64,000 nucleotides of DNA from Ophelia neglecta (Eukaryota): NCBI GenBank assembly GCA_965285935.1, contig OZ260664.1, forward strand, positions 22,444,001 through 22,508,000, in the 5' to 3' direction. The notes beneath the pieces were generated by a model, which did not search any database, had not been told where the DNA came from, and saw only the letters and a list, made by a program, of their open reading frames with translations. Shown here piece after piece: positions 51,059-64,000 of the stretch. How positions within the stretch are numbered: position 1 is the first letter of the stretch; every line of letters starts with the position of its first letter. Position numbers and translations under genes: made by a program.

Positions 51059-54000
51059 ATGGAACAACTTGATGTAACGTTAGGTGAGACTCCGAGAGCG
51101 GGAATATTGCAGATCTTAGAGCATATAAGACCTATGTGGGGCCCAGATGAGGTGGTTATCAAGGTAATGTGTTGGCTGCATGTTAATGTTGGACCTTGAA
51201 GATGTGGTAATTACTAGGCCTATGTACCTACCGCGCGAGTTTAAGGTTGCGCCATTAGGTAACTGGGGGGGGGGGGGGGGGGCTTGGCGTAATTTGGGCG
51301 AAGATCACTTTCGAACAAATACTTTTTCTTCAAATTGTATTGTAAACATGCACAGTTTTTTCCACGTTTGTCTTCGTGATTATTTGTTGAAGAGATGAAT
51401 GTGTGGTAAGGTAAGGATGTGCTTGTTCTATCTATGACGTATGATGTGGCGAACCTTAATATAGTTATCAAAACAAATTGCAGGACGTTAAAGGAGGGTT
51501 TATTAACCATCTTTTTGCCTGTGGTTTGAGTACAGATTTCGAGAAGAACGACATGGTAATGATTCGAGTATATGGGCATCGTGCTGATGGCATCGTGGAC
51601 AGAGAAAAAGAAATCCTTGCCATGAGAATTGGAAATTATATGAATATTGCAGCTCCTATATACTGCAAGTAAGGAGGTATCACCATTATTCTTAATGGAT
51701 GCAAGCAAAAGGTCAACTCAACTAATGGCGAGAAGGTTTAGTTATCGTTATCAAAGGACAAACAAACAGCATTGACTGTAATTCTGCCATGAACTTTTCG
51801 ATATATATGTATAGGAGATGATTTTGGATGCTTGTTATTTCAATATAGCCATTTACACATTTCCCAGTTAAGCTGAAGTACTGGTGATGTCACAACAGCA
51901 TCACCATACCTATGCTTCACCTTATCTATCCAACGATACCTAAAAAGGCGTTGTCCTCCGCAAATCTGACGAAATCCTCTTTCCAGGTGTCATAAGGATG
52001 TTGGCTAATGGACTTTTAAGTCAGTAGTACTGTGAGACCAAACATTGAATTTTCATTAATGAAAGAAAGATTGTTGATAGAACCACCGTCTGAGCAAAAC
52101 GAAAAATTTGATATTTTGAAAGCATTTTAAAATAGAAAGTTTGAAAAGAAAACTTGTTAATTCTTTAGGAAGTTAAGTTAAAGAACCGGTGAAAAAAAGG
52201 CTCATGCTAAATCCCTAAGCCCCTTAGCAATTCGTACCACACTTTTTGCGTGTATTAGCTTTTGGGAAGCCCTCTGCTTGCTGCATTCTGGTCCCAATTA
52301 AATTGTGCTTGGCTATATGTAAAAGCTTCTATTCATAACGCCAGTTAGTTTGTCCCGGATTATCCATGCGGAAATGTTTCCCACTTCGATAGACCTGTGT
52401 TGGGGAAAAATGGACTGTTTAGAAAAAGATGTGTCAATACGTTCTTGCAGGTTCAAAAACGGCATTGCCTACAAATATCACCGAGGCTGCCAAATAGATT
52501 TCACCAACCAAATGGACGAGACGGTAGCCAGGTAACATTTCACACTACCAAACTTGAGAGGCTTATAATAAACCAACAATTACTTATTTAAGTGTTAATA
52601 ATTTAAGTAAACAGTGTCAATCATATGTTCATTATTAGGCTATCATGCACGTATATAGTATATATCCCATTCTTAACTCCTATATAATGGACTCGTATAA
52701 TAATCGCTTAATTTAAAATATGATTCAATTTCATAGTTTCTTTTATAGGGGAGTGGCAAATGAACTAGCTAAGCTTCATCTCGTAGATTACAAAACAGTA
52801 CTCACCAATCTGGGTGAAGGTGATAAGGCTGAGAAATATACATCCTGCTTTAAGCTCAGTAACTTCCTTCCGATGCTGCAGGCACGTGTGCCGGACAGCT
52901 ACGACGATAAAGACAAGGAGAAAATGTAAATATTGCATTTCTTATCATGCAAAATATGTTCGTTATTGAGTTGGCAACTTCACGGCCTACCCTAATTATA
53001 GACAGATATTGGTTGCTTTTGGCATTTTCTTATATGTGAATGGTTTTTTGTTTTGTGCTTTTGTTTATAATCAATCTTAGGTAAAATTTCGTAACAATAA
53101 TTGTCGATGACGTTTCCTTTATCTTTACTTTGATATTTATCACTTAAACTAGTACTATTGCTGTTTTTATCAGTGTAATAAATATAAAAGTCCAAACTAC
53201 AGTTGAGAGTAGGGGTTTATTGTAATAACGTAGGCGGAACTCGTTCTGCCGTCGCCTCGCGTGCACTCTCCAAGTCACTGTACTTAGGATGGTCTAAGTG
53301 GAAGTATGGCTGCTGCCCCCTGGTGGTATCCGACAGATTTAATGGATGTTTCTTGATTAATGATTGTGCTTTGTCGGCCGAGTATCCACTTCTGTTTCTT
53401 GTTCATGTAAACGGGCCATACATTACTACTTGGGAACATGCAGTTTATTTCAAGTGCGGCGAGCAGAGATCAGTGCGTCAGTGAGCTTTAGCCGCCTATG
53501 TCCTGCCGTGTATCAGTTTGTTTTCAAAAGTGAGAAAGAGGCATAGAAGGACAAATAAATATCCTGCTTTAATAAGCTCCGTTTTGTTTCAACCGGCGTC
53601 TTATCTTCTTACAAAACAGCGAAACGATAATTAAGGATGTTAAGAAAAAAATCCCGTTTGCATATGCGTTAGTAGAACGTATTCTGACAAAGCCGTGAGT
53701 GTCAATCGTCCTAGATACTCTATTCATGTTAGCTTAAAGAAAAATAATGTTTATCATATTACAGACGAAAGGAAGAATTAATGTCCAAGGACGACGTTAA
53801 GACCGAAATTCTACGATTGGACAAAGCGATTGATGGGATGCACTTTCCTCTTGTGTTTTGTCACAATGACTTGAGTACTTGGAACATGGTTTATGATCAA
53901 TCCAATCGTAAGTCATGTAAATTAGCTTGACAAGTGGCGCATTACAACAAGTAAATGAATATATAAAATATAATAGACATTCCCTTGTTTACAATTTCGT

Positions 54001-56850
54001 AATATAATGTATTTTTCTTTTTTTTAGAACGAGTGCATTTTGTGGATTGGGAAGCAGCAGATCTTGGGAATTCAGTCAACGATATTAGTGTATTCTTTTA
54101 TACCCATTCCTGTGAGTAAAATTAAAGCATAATGTGGCTGTTACTTTAAACCATAGATCCCCCCCTTGCGCAAAGAGAGAACCAGCAGATTTTGGTCACC
54201 AATTGATACTTCCGGTGGGTCAGCTCTTAGGGCTAAATTTAGCATTTTTTTTAATACATAGAACATTCCGCATAGAATTCGGGTTAGGGGAGAGAAGGGC
54301 CAGGTCGTCGGCTTGGTTTTGCCCACCCCAGTGAATGCCACAATATAAGTTCCATCATTGCAATTGTACAATTCCCACAAAATGTCATCATGTTTCACGA
54401 GGACTGTCTTGGTCCCAAAATCCTTACCCGCATGCCTAACATATTGAAGAAAATGTAAAGCATTTAAGTGTTTGCATTTCAAGAACTCTGTTAAAAGCAT
54501 TATTATAGGGATCAGGTTATTCAAGTGCCAACCTCGGGTTATTCCCCTACCATGCTTTGCAAAAGAGGCATGCCAAACCATGCTGAAAGCGTTTCTAGTA
54601 TTTTAAGAACATCCATACGCTCTACTTTTCTTCGGGGTGTTGATGATGCATTCCATAAATGCCATGCTCCTCCAGGTTTTCTTTTTATGTTGTTTACCTA
54701 AAAAATCGGCATTTGGTCCACTATTTTGTTTCTCATATTATCATCTCGGGTAATATGAGACATAATATGAGACATATTATCGTCTCGGGTTGTTCAACAG
54801 AGAATATGGCTTTGTCCTTCACATGTATGCTGATGTTACTAAGACATATCTGCCTGTGAAGTCCATGTCTCCGGAGCATGTGCTTGGTCGTATCTCCTGG
54901 GTAGATGATTGCCTCTTAGGTGGAATACCGACTTGATTTCAAGTTTTCGTTGATTGTGTACAAAGTCTTGAATGGCGATGCACCTATGTACATCACTTCT
55001 CACTGCTGCAAAGACACGGACCTTCTCGTGCCCTGCGGTTTCAATCAAAGACAGTACTCTTTGTACTAAAAAACAAAACTCTCCAGAGCTGGTGATTTAG
55101 AACAAGACTCCATGACTGCCTTACAGGCTTAAGTAAGAGTCTGTAGGTGCTTTCGAAAAGCAGCTCATGACTCGTTTGTTATGGCTGGCTTATGAATACC
55201 AATAGTGCTTATGTCTCATTATGTACGCATTTGTTTTAAGCCTGACTGCTATTTTGATAAAGCAATTATTTATTTGTATCCATAACTGTGTGGTCACATT
55301 TTATTGCGCCTTTGAACTCATTCTTAGGACACTGAGCGCTATATAAATGCTACCATTTTAATTAATTTCTAGACGTCCGTATTTATTCTTCGTTATACGG
55401 CGTTCGTGTTGATTTGTCATCAGTTTCGTGTGTCTGTTGCATGCAATTTTCGATAACAGGTTATTTCACTTGGTCAAATGTTCGGCAATAATGGCCGAAG
55501 CGTATCGCAATTCGTATACAGTAAACTCCCCCGATAACAGAGCTGGCATGATGGACAGGTTTGTGGTTATAGGTGCAGTGTTGGTGTCTGGCAAATAAAT
55601 TTTGATTGAAACCGGATTTCTTAAAAGCCTAGATCAAATTCATTATTTAGTATGAACTGACTCAGTCTCAGCGTGGTCTTAACTCTTTAAACACTACAGC
55701 CTGCTAAAGAGGGCAGATAACCCTTTAGTTACATATATTCAGAGTTGAAAGGGTTAATTATGGCTTATATTGCTGTAGCAGCATGTATTATAAAATGTTA
55801 CCTACGTTACTCGCTAGTGTCGTTAGTTTCTGGGCTGTTGCTGTAGGTTCGCCTGTCGCTTTTAAATATAAAGATTCATCAAGTTTGACTTTTCTTGTAT
55901 GATATATTGTAATTAACTTAAAGAAGCATGGAATAATGTATCTTTATTTGGCAAAATGTAGTTAAGTAAAAAGTACATAAAATTCAATTTCTTCAAGATA
56001 AAAACGAAATCACATGCACTACACATATAAGTGCTCGGGTTTCATTTTTCCTACGAAGGAGCAAAACCTAGTTTTAACTTTATGGCGGTGAAGACCATAT
56101 ATATCATAGCCCGTACACTATTCAATTATTCTAATGGAACAGGTCTGCATAGCTTATTTGCTTCGCAGAATCAGTTTCAACAAAAACGTCAGGCAACTAA
56201 ATACATCTTAAGACTTCCGATTTAATTCAGTTCGCCTAGGAGCAAAGTGCAATCCCGATCAATACCAGCTTTACCCTAGCAAGGAGTACCAACTAAAATG
56301 GATCCTCTGGTACCTGGAGTATACAGCTGAGCACTCGCAGGAAGAACGCACAGAGGTCACTCGAGAACAGATACACAGGTTATATGTCGGGACAAATTTG
56401 GCGGCAATGGTAACACGTATATTTGAATTTATTTCCGTCAATCCTTGCTTTAAAATATATATTTCCGTACTGGTTCGATTCATTGCTTCTTAGTTTGACC
56501 ATATTCTTTGTTAATGTCCTCAAGTTAAAAGCTCATTGTTTGCAGCGCACAGTATTGTGTGTGTTTCAGTGGGCCTTAGTGGAAGATAGCAGTTCTCCAT
56601 CAGAATATGACATTTTCGGGTAAGCTGAATGGTCGATTACTGATCTGATATGGTGAACTTTTTTCACCGTGCTGGTGCAACTCTTTGCCATTTGACACAA
56701 ATTGTTTTAATGGTATGCCATTGGTATGAAATTGTGTACACCTTCACTCTTCTATGACCTAAATTGACTAATCATATTATTTCTAGGATGGTAAGACATC
56801 TTCAAGGGCTATATTGGGCAATAAAAAGAAAACTAGAAGATGAATGTTAA
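51059..56850 (+). CDS. Ethanolamine/choline kinase family protein (ETNK-like, divergent), 9 coding exons, 363 aa
   Basis: Exons 51059-51163, 51484-51668, 52451-52531, 52749-52925, 53765-53907, 54028-54111, 56231-56409, 56546-56619 and 56787-56850 are GT-AG and phase-compatible (1092 nt). Motifs: IRPMW, GGFINHL, MIRVYG, VDREKE, APIYCKFKNG, LAKLH, Brenner motif FCHNDLSTWN, FVDWE, LYPSKEYQLKW, WAL. AATAAA at 56907. Confidence 0.93.
54800..55355 (+). mobile_element. L2/CR1-clade LINE 3' fragment in kinase intron 6
   Basis: LHMYADVT (degenerate YADD), VEYRLDFKFSLIVYKVLNGDAPMYI, PSRALR, and an L2-type 3' end GCGCCTTTGA...AGCGCTATATAAATG. Confidence 0.75.
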
Positions 56851-57872
56851 TATGCTAAACCCTCATTGCATTGTGATTTTTCTTACATTACTGTTGTTTT
56901 GCTGATAATAAAAATAACCTCATGAGAATGAAAGCATGATAGTCATAGCAATAGTTTTTATAAGTTATAGAAATATGATGTTTACCTTAATTATTATTGA
57001 AAAATAAAGGCAAATGAAAAATTAACCTCTTCCATTTATTAATTATAATAGCCAAAATCTATGTTTTACAAAACTTAATACTGTGTTAGCAAACTCTTTG
57101 CTTCTTAATTGGTACCGCCGTTTTTGGCTCTAGCTTATTCAGTTCTAGGCCGATTTAAAAACGGAAATTACCTCCCACTAGTGTACCCGCTGACCTGTTT
57201 TAAAAAAGGAGGACAGAATATAAGATAAATTGGCTTGCTGCTCAGAAAGAGCAACGAGTCTACCGAGAGGGACTTACCGTGTCTCGGAAAAAGCCATTGG
57301 GCAGTTCTAAAAAGCCTTTGAAGCGGAAAAAGGCGGTGCTAAGAGGAGGCTTGCAATTATTTTTCCATAAAAATTAGGAGTGAAATGTAATGTAAATACA
57401 CTGGCTTTGAAGTCTTAGATATTTTTCCAGCTGTGGACTCTGTCGCATCCGTTTAATGCTTCTGACTGGTTTACTAATAACGTAAGATTGACATGAGAGA
57501 AAACATGTAAATGTAGTTTTAAAAGTAGATAAGGGCATTCTGACCGAAATGGCTTAATCAAATAAGTAATGAACTAAATAGTATTTCCAATCTTAGTTCG
57601 GTTTCTGAAACACATGGATATAATGCGGCACATTTGAACACATGTGGATTTCGTTCTTTTTCTAATCTTTAAAAGAACGGGAGTGTATACCAAGCGAAAG
57701 AAGCAAAATCTTTATCAATCATAGTCTATTACATGGGTCTGAAACCATCAACTACCAGGACCCACAAGATCACATACATCAATTCCCAGGTCCAAAAAAA
57801 AAGTTTGAAATGCAAATAAAACTAATGGAAACATAAACTAGTTATCATTGCAATGAGAAGTAGCCAAGAGGC

Positions 57873-59112
57873 TTCAATTCTAATTCGAATTTCAATTCAA
57901 AAAATTCAATTCAAAAAAGTTTATTGACACTAAGACAAAAACATGTTGCATGTAAAGCAAACAAAAGAGAACAAAAGAAGGATAACAATATTAGACATGC
58001 TAAATGAATATTAGAGAAATATTATAATTGGTAAAACAATAGTAAGTAGTAGATTTGTAGCAAAGAAAATCAATACCAAAAAAATTAAACGCTTGGTGTC
58101 AACCGGAGGCAAGAAGCCAGAGCTTATGGGCCCCCAAGATGAAAATATTTATAAAAAAAAAAGCAGAAAGGGTGCAGTGCATGTTAACATGTATCTGCAA
58201 AATAATAAAGAATAATGAATTAAATTATATGAAACCTGAGCTCTGGTTATACAATGACAACAGTGATAGGTTAACATGGAAGCGAAAAACTGAATAATAA
58301 TAGGATAGCACAACAATAGCTATGGGACAGACCCTCGTCCAGAGAGTAGAATAACAGCCCTCCCCTCAACCCATTATTATATGTCAGTGGACACAGTCTC
58401 CAAGAGATCCTGCATTAATGCTTGTTTGAATGAGTGGACAGAGGATTTATAAGATAAAACTTTAGACGGAGAGTTAAAAGCTAATGTACCTTGGTAGATC
58501 ACACCACGCCTCAGCAAATTGGTTTTAATTACGGGTACGTGCAACTTATCTGACTGGCTAGTATAATGTTTGTGAATAGCGGTGTTGAATTTGAACAGTG
58601 AGGAGAGAATGTTGGGTGGGAGACCATTGACAACCTTGAACATAATAATCTGTAAGCTGAAATGTGTAATTGGTTCAGGGGGAATATCTTCTCCCTAATA
58701 AATAAAGGATGAGAGTGAGAGTTTTTTGGGAGAGCCCGTAATCAGTCTGACTGCCCTCTTGTGGAGGCCGATAATTGGTTCAAGGTAGGTAGAGAATGTG
58801 TTGCCCCAGACCTCGAGACAATAAGTAAGGTATGGAAAAAGAAAGGAATAATGTACAAGGTTAAGAGTTTATTAGAGTCAAGAAATTTTCCAGCTCTATG
58901 GATAATTCCCAGTCCTTTGGCCAATTTACCCCTGACAAGATGAACGTGATCCTTCCAGGAAAGAGACGAATCGATCATCACTCCAAGAATTTTTTTGGAG
59001 TTAACATTTTTAACTTGTTGTCTTTTGATAAATATGTTTACATTAATATTCAACGATTTTCTTCTACTTTTAAATATCATATAATGTGTTGGTCAACGTT
59101 GAGAGTTAATTT
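57873..59112 (-). mobile_element. 5'-truncated CR1/L2-group LINE with RT C-terminus, 3' UTR and GAATT-repeat tail
   Basis: KLTLNV...HYMIF, KILGVMIDSSLSWKDHV...KLAKGLGII, MFKVVNGLPP...HKHYTSQSDKLHVP with frameshifts. AATAAA (minus, 57920-57925) followed by GAATT-type repeats. Confidence 0.88.
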
Positions 59113-60106
59113 AAAGTGTTCAATCTTCAAAACCGATACTAATTTTCTCTTCAAGATATATTTCATCAAAGAAATTCTTTATTATCATCTACGTAGTGGA
59201 TTCTCACACTGAGGGGTATCATAGTGTTAAAACGTCTACTCTGGATACACTCAAGTCGGGAATGAATTTACATGAACCATGCATATTGCATTGATAATTC
59301 TCCGAAAAAAATAAAGGGGCGGCATATTTATTCATTTTAATGTTTTTTCCTGAACCCTTTTTTGGGTACTATAAAACAATTTATAGGATTCAAAACAGTT
59401 ATGTAATTGATTTGCTATATAATTCTTTCAAACACCAATGAATTGCTGATAATCATTAATAAGGTCCCTAGGAGGTCGGATAATATTACTAAATACAACG
59501 ATTCTCTGAATATTATTGCCCGTGATTTTAATAAACTGTCCTCACCATACAGTTGAAGGCTGCTTATATAAAGTACATTGTAATCACACGTATCTCTCAA
59601 ATAAATAAGGAGTCCACCATGGGCAGTACACTGCCTACCCTGGGAAATTAAATTTTTGACTTAAGGGAGTTCGAATCTATTCCTCCCAAGGTTTCAGAAT
59701 TGCGTCTGGGCTTTCAACAGTATGAGAAGCATAACAACGTAATAGTGTACGTATAAGCCACTAATTACAGAAAACAAAACAGACTCATGGATATGGCATC
59801 CCCAAAAACGACAGACATAGGTCAAATATCTAATCCACACATATACAATAAACACAAACAAGTACCCGATCACAAGTACACATATGGGATAGGTGTCGAG
59901 AAAGAATATGGGCAATACATCCTGTTATATAATTGATAGAAGAAACATCCCCCCGTAAGGCAAAGGATTACTTGACTTCATCACGTAACATTATTGGCCA
60001 AGGTGTGGCACGGCTGGGCAGAATGAGTCAAAATAGGACAGTTTAATACGTAGCACGTCTACGTGTTTTAGGAACAAGTGTTCACCCAGACTCGAAATTA
60101 TCTAAC

Positions 60107-61387
60107 TTATAAACATCCTGTGTATTTCCTTCGAAACCGTGTTGTCATCATTTTGAAGGCAGTCCTGAATGTCCGGCTACATATACAGTACAGAAAAAGG
60201 TTAGTACTAAAGTTTGCGTAGTATAACATCTGAAACACTTGTTGCCATAGTAAAGTGGTTCGTGACGGCTCGATCTTCGAGTCTGAGATCAGGTGTCTGA
60301 TATTGATGCTTACACGGAATGCATGGCTTGGAAGGTTTAGAATAACAAATACACTGCTGATGATCAACAGTGACCGCGTGGTTCTCAGTTGAATAATGTT
60401 TTGGCGGGACAGAGGCTGACAAGTGTGCCGTCTGAGTTGGGGGGAACATTTTTCAGACCTGTAGCCGGAAACAGTGGAAGGAATTCTAATTTGATTCTGT
60501 ATCCCGCCGAAGTCAGTTCTTGCGGAAGACCTCGGGGCAGGGGTCTCCGTAGGCGGACAACTCTCCATTAACTCTGTATGTTCGACAGAGGTATTTCCTT
60601 CACTGAAATGAAGAATGCGCCAAATCTTTGAACCAATCATTACGTTTAAAATAATTATAAGGAAGCTTGGAATAACAAGAGTTATTAAAGTGTCAATGGC
60701 GCTTATTATCCGCAACCAAGGTTCATATTGAGGAAACGTCACGCAAACTTTTCCGTTGTGACCGAGTAGAAGGCCGGTTGTCCAGAGGGAAAATGAGTAG
60801 AGTAAGGCAGCCAAACACGACAGAAATACAACAACTATAAACGATCGGTTTCTCGTGCAGTATTTGCGTCTATGAAGAGGAAAGTACACAACCAAAAATC
60901 GCTCCACTGTAAATGAGACTACCGTCCAAACAGAAAGGAACCCGCTTACATAGCTGAAATACACACTTATTTGACACCAGCCATTTCTGTGGATGATGTA
61001 AATTTTTAGCCAGGCAAACCATATTGGACTAAGACACAAAAGGAACAGAGTATCCACAATATTGAGAAATGCAAGATAGACACTGCTACTTTGATAACGC
61101 AGATGAGAAGTAGCAAACACAACCAACGATAAACTGTTTCCCACAAGTCCCACCAATATAATGGCTGGTAGTCCATACTGATTCAGCAACAACATAATTT
61201 CCTGGAACTGGCTAGCTGCAGTTGATGTCCTATTCAGTAGCGGCATGTCTATTTGCTCAATGAAGAAGGTGTCATTGCTTGAGGAAGATCCCCTGTCTAG
61301 TTCGGTAGAATGTGCCCCTGCAGGCATTGGGTCCTCCAGTCTAAAGCCTGTATTATTTACCATAACTGTATTATAAATTGCTGGCAT
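60107..61387 (-). CDS. Class A neuropeptide GPCR with intronless CDS, FMRFamide-receptor-like group, CNMamide-receptor-like (426 aa)
   Basis: Seven hydrophobic segments. GN in TM1, SVYLAFLNIVD in TM2, Cys before TM3, SVWTVVSFTVERF..VYFPL, IP in TM5, FVILNLP in TM6, NFSTNLFLY in TM7, helix 8 FRTAF. N-terminal N-glycosylation sequons. Confidence 0.95.
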   Translation of the reverse strand: MPAIYNTVMVNNTGFRLEDPMPAGAHSTELDRGSSSSNDTFFIEQIDMPLLNRTSTAASQFQEIMLLLNQYGLPAIILVGLVGNSLSLVVFATSHLRYQSSSVYLAFLNIVDTLFLLCLSPIWFAWLKIYIIHRNGWCQISVYFSYVSGFLSVWTVVSFTVERFLVVYFPLHRRKYCTRNRSFIVVVFLSCLAALLYSFSLWTTGLLLGHNGKVCVTFPQYEPWLRIISAIDTLITLVIPSFLIIILNVMIGSKIWRILHFSEGNTSVEHTELMESCPPTETPAPRSSARTDFGGIQNQIRIPSTVSGYRSEKCSPQLRRHTCQPLSRQNIIQLRTTRSLLIISSVFVILNLPSHAFRVSINIRHLISDSKIEPSRTTLLWQQVFQMLYYANFSTNLFLYCICSRTFRTAFKMMTTRFRRKYTGCL

Positions 61388-64000
61388 TGACCAGTTAAAC
61401 CAATGTTTCGATTATATTTGTTTCAAATGCAATTGCTTCAATATAACGCTCTGTTCATATTGTCTCAAATATTCTTCAAGAATAAATAGATTTATTTGTT
61501 GTTGGATACTCGAAATGTGCGAAACACCATATTTGATTGTGAACATTATGAACATACTTTAGATTCGGCACTAAGTGTAGGTAACTTGCTGTTGTCAGTG
61601 AAATTCCTAAGGCATTTCTCCATTTAATTAGCCTTTAAACATCTGTACCACAATGATGTATCCGAACACTGTATCGACCGAGGAGAAGTGACGTGGGCGA
61701 TAATAAAATCCTTTTGTGGTTTGTCATTCCAAGGACAGCGCCTTATATGGCATGTCATATACTCAAGCCCTCGAATGGGATAAAAACATTTGCTAATAAT
61801 CCCTCATCTGTCGACATGGTCTGAAAAAAAAAGAAAGAAAGGTTTTAGTATGGAAAATGGGACAAACCCTTTAATGTATCAATGTTGTGCAAATAAACCA
61901 TTAACAACATTTGGTATAAATGCACGTAATTACGAAAAACTTGGCTATCAAAATGAAGTGCTGTCAGTAGGCACATGTACTCCTAAGATGGCCAAAGCCA
62001 AAGCAATTGAATTCGCAAGCTTGGCATGCGGCACCACATAACATATAAGAAAGTGGAAAACAAACTTGAAAGGCCGCCAAGTTGTCAATTCAAGGCTCTA
62101 TAAGTGTGAGAGACACTTAGTGAAAATTTAATAGTGTGGCACACGGAAATAGCATTACAGATTTGTGACATCTGTAAGAAAAGCACTTTAAGCCAATTAT
62201 TGGCAAGAAGCTTTACTAAGCATTTTTGCTGTAGGCATTACAAACGTTCCCTTCATTCAATTTATGTAATTAACACAAAGCAAAGTTGCCGATAACCAAT
62301 AGACTGTTTTGACATGCTATATGAGTGTCTATATATATATAGCTCCCACAAATTATTTCAATAAGGATTCTCGGTAGAAAACTATTTAGACTCGATACAA
62401 GCAATCGTTTTGGGATATTACTGATATTTGTTTACTCGGGAATACACACATGGACCTATATTGTATGAACAACTATTTAAAACTACTTCATATACCTGCT
62501 TAAATTTCATATTTATTTGTTGTTTCTTTCGTAAGTTTACTGCGCTGGAGGCAAATATATGCCTAAGAAGAACATACAATGTTTAAAACTTACATCAGGC
62601 ATACCAAAAGATATCATGCCTCAAGAGAATTACGTGCTTGACCCAATGTTTTGAAGTTTCAATAGTGCCAAGTGATTATTATTTTAATTACCCAAATAGG
62701 TAACTAGTAGTTTTTTACCGGTTAAAACGTCGATGCCAGGGCAATCCAACAAAGTTATTTCTAAATCAGCCTTCTTATCTACACAGTTTTACAAGATTTG
62801 AGTCAGATGAAAACAATTCGCTGGTTAACATATGACGAAGCATTACAAATTAGCGGCGTATACGATTAATTAGAGAATAAATGTGTTAATACACATGAAG
62901 TTGTCTTCTAAACTTAAACACACGTAAAATGGAGTATTATAAATGTCCTGCATGTACGTTCTGGAAGCTTCTTGTGACTTGAAGCTTTTACTTCAAAGCA
63001 CTCTCCATAAATTCCATGTACTATTAAGCTCCTCTTATGCAACACCCCTTCGCAAAAAGCCCAACCATTTCCCATGATGAGCGTGAAATTATCATGTGCC
63101 ATGTATACTGCTTCGGTCTTTTGGCCATGAATAAGCGCGTTTTGTTCATGTGCATTTGCAACAGCCTGCGAGCCTGTGACTTCAGAAAATTCACTTCGGA
63201 CTTCAGCATATTTTCATCCTTTGGCGCCAACATTGCACTATAGACTATATGCAAAAGACAATTATTTTCGAGGATTCAGTGCATACCGGAACAAATGTCA
63301 TTTTCAAAATGAATTTGCCTGGTCAAATGCGTATTCCTATAAGGATTTGAAAGCGTTAAAAGTAATGTGAGTGCATTGGTTCAATGTGTGGTCATTGCCT
63401 GTGTCTGTTGACAGCTAGAGTTCTGGCCACCTGCTGATCAACTCGGTGTGCAGTGCTCGATGGCAGCTTGACCAATGTCTTCCCTAAAGACCACGGTCCG
63501 CTCACCAGCTTCATGCATCACCAGTCCGCCTGCACGGATAGCTGGCTTGGTCGTCTAAGCTTGTCTCATCCTATCACCGACGGTCGAGGCAACACTCTGA
63601 ATTCCAACCCTACCATTGAGTTTATTTAAAGCTTGTAAATAATGATAAATTTGCGTACTGTATTTCCGTGGCGTTCGATTTCACTTGTCTATGTGGAAAC
63701 GCATTCTTTACTATAAAATTTACGATTTACGGCCTAACATTTTCTTTCATTTCTACAATCACTAATCCATCTATGTATAATTGTCTAGATCTTTATTAGT
63801 GACTCAACTGTGGCGTAGCATACAATTACTAGTTGGGTCTAATGAGTATATCTATTATATTTAAACGATAATATTTGACATATAAGGCAACTGCTTTTAA
63901 TTATTAACTGCTGATTAATTGTCAGCATAAATCACTATGATAGATACCACGCAATTTGATAAATGAAACTAGTCGAATGGCAAATGAAAAACTGTCAAGT

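Noticed and set aside
54141-54581. 146-aa minus-strand ORF in kinase intron 6
   Set aside because: No recognisable motif, lies beside LINE debris, and has no supporting gene structure.

Overview
AT-rich eukaryotic genomic DNA with GT-AG introns, most likely from a marine invertebrate (inferred from gene and repeat content; lineage not determinable here). Left to right: (1) a large first coding exon of a minus-strand gene, possibly ARHGAP6-like, that continues out of the window; (2) a nest of non-autonomous DNA transposons at 10.7-13.6 kb; (3) a tRNA-Leu(TAG) gene; (4) a tandem cluster of three paralogous genes, each with one coding exon, encoding an unrecognised ~150-aa domain, a Cys-rich segment and a C-terminal membrane anchor, with a 535-bp duplication of the first gene's promoter and an Academ-type transposon relic between copies 2 and 3; (5) a 37-bp minisatellite; (6) a minus-strand TEX26-like gene with at least 7 exons; (7) a 9-coding-exon ethanolamine/choline-kinase-family gene with intact catalytic motifs but altered substrate-pocket residues; (8) LINE relics; (9) an intronless class A peptide GPCR. 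The best candidate for an undescribed system is the three-gene cluster, followed by the divergent kinase. All homology calls come from motif recognition by eye; no searches were run.
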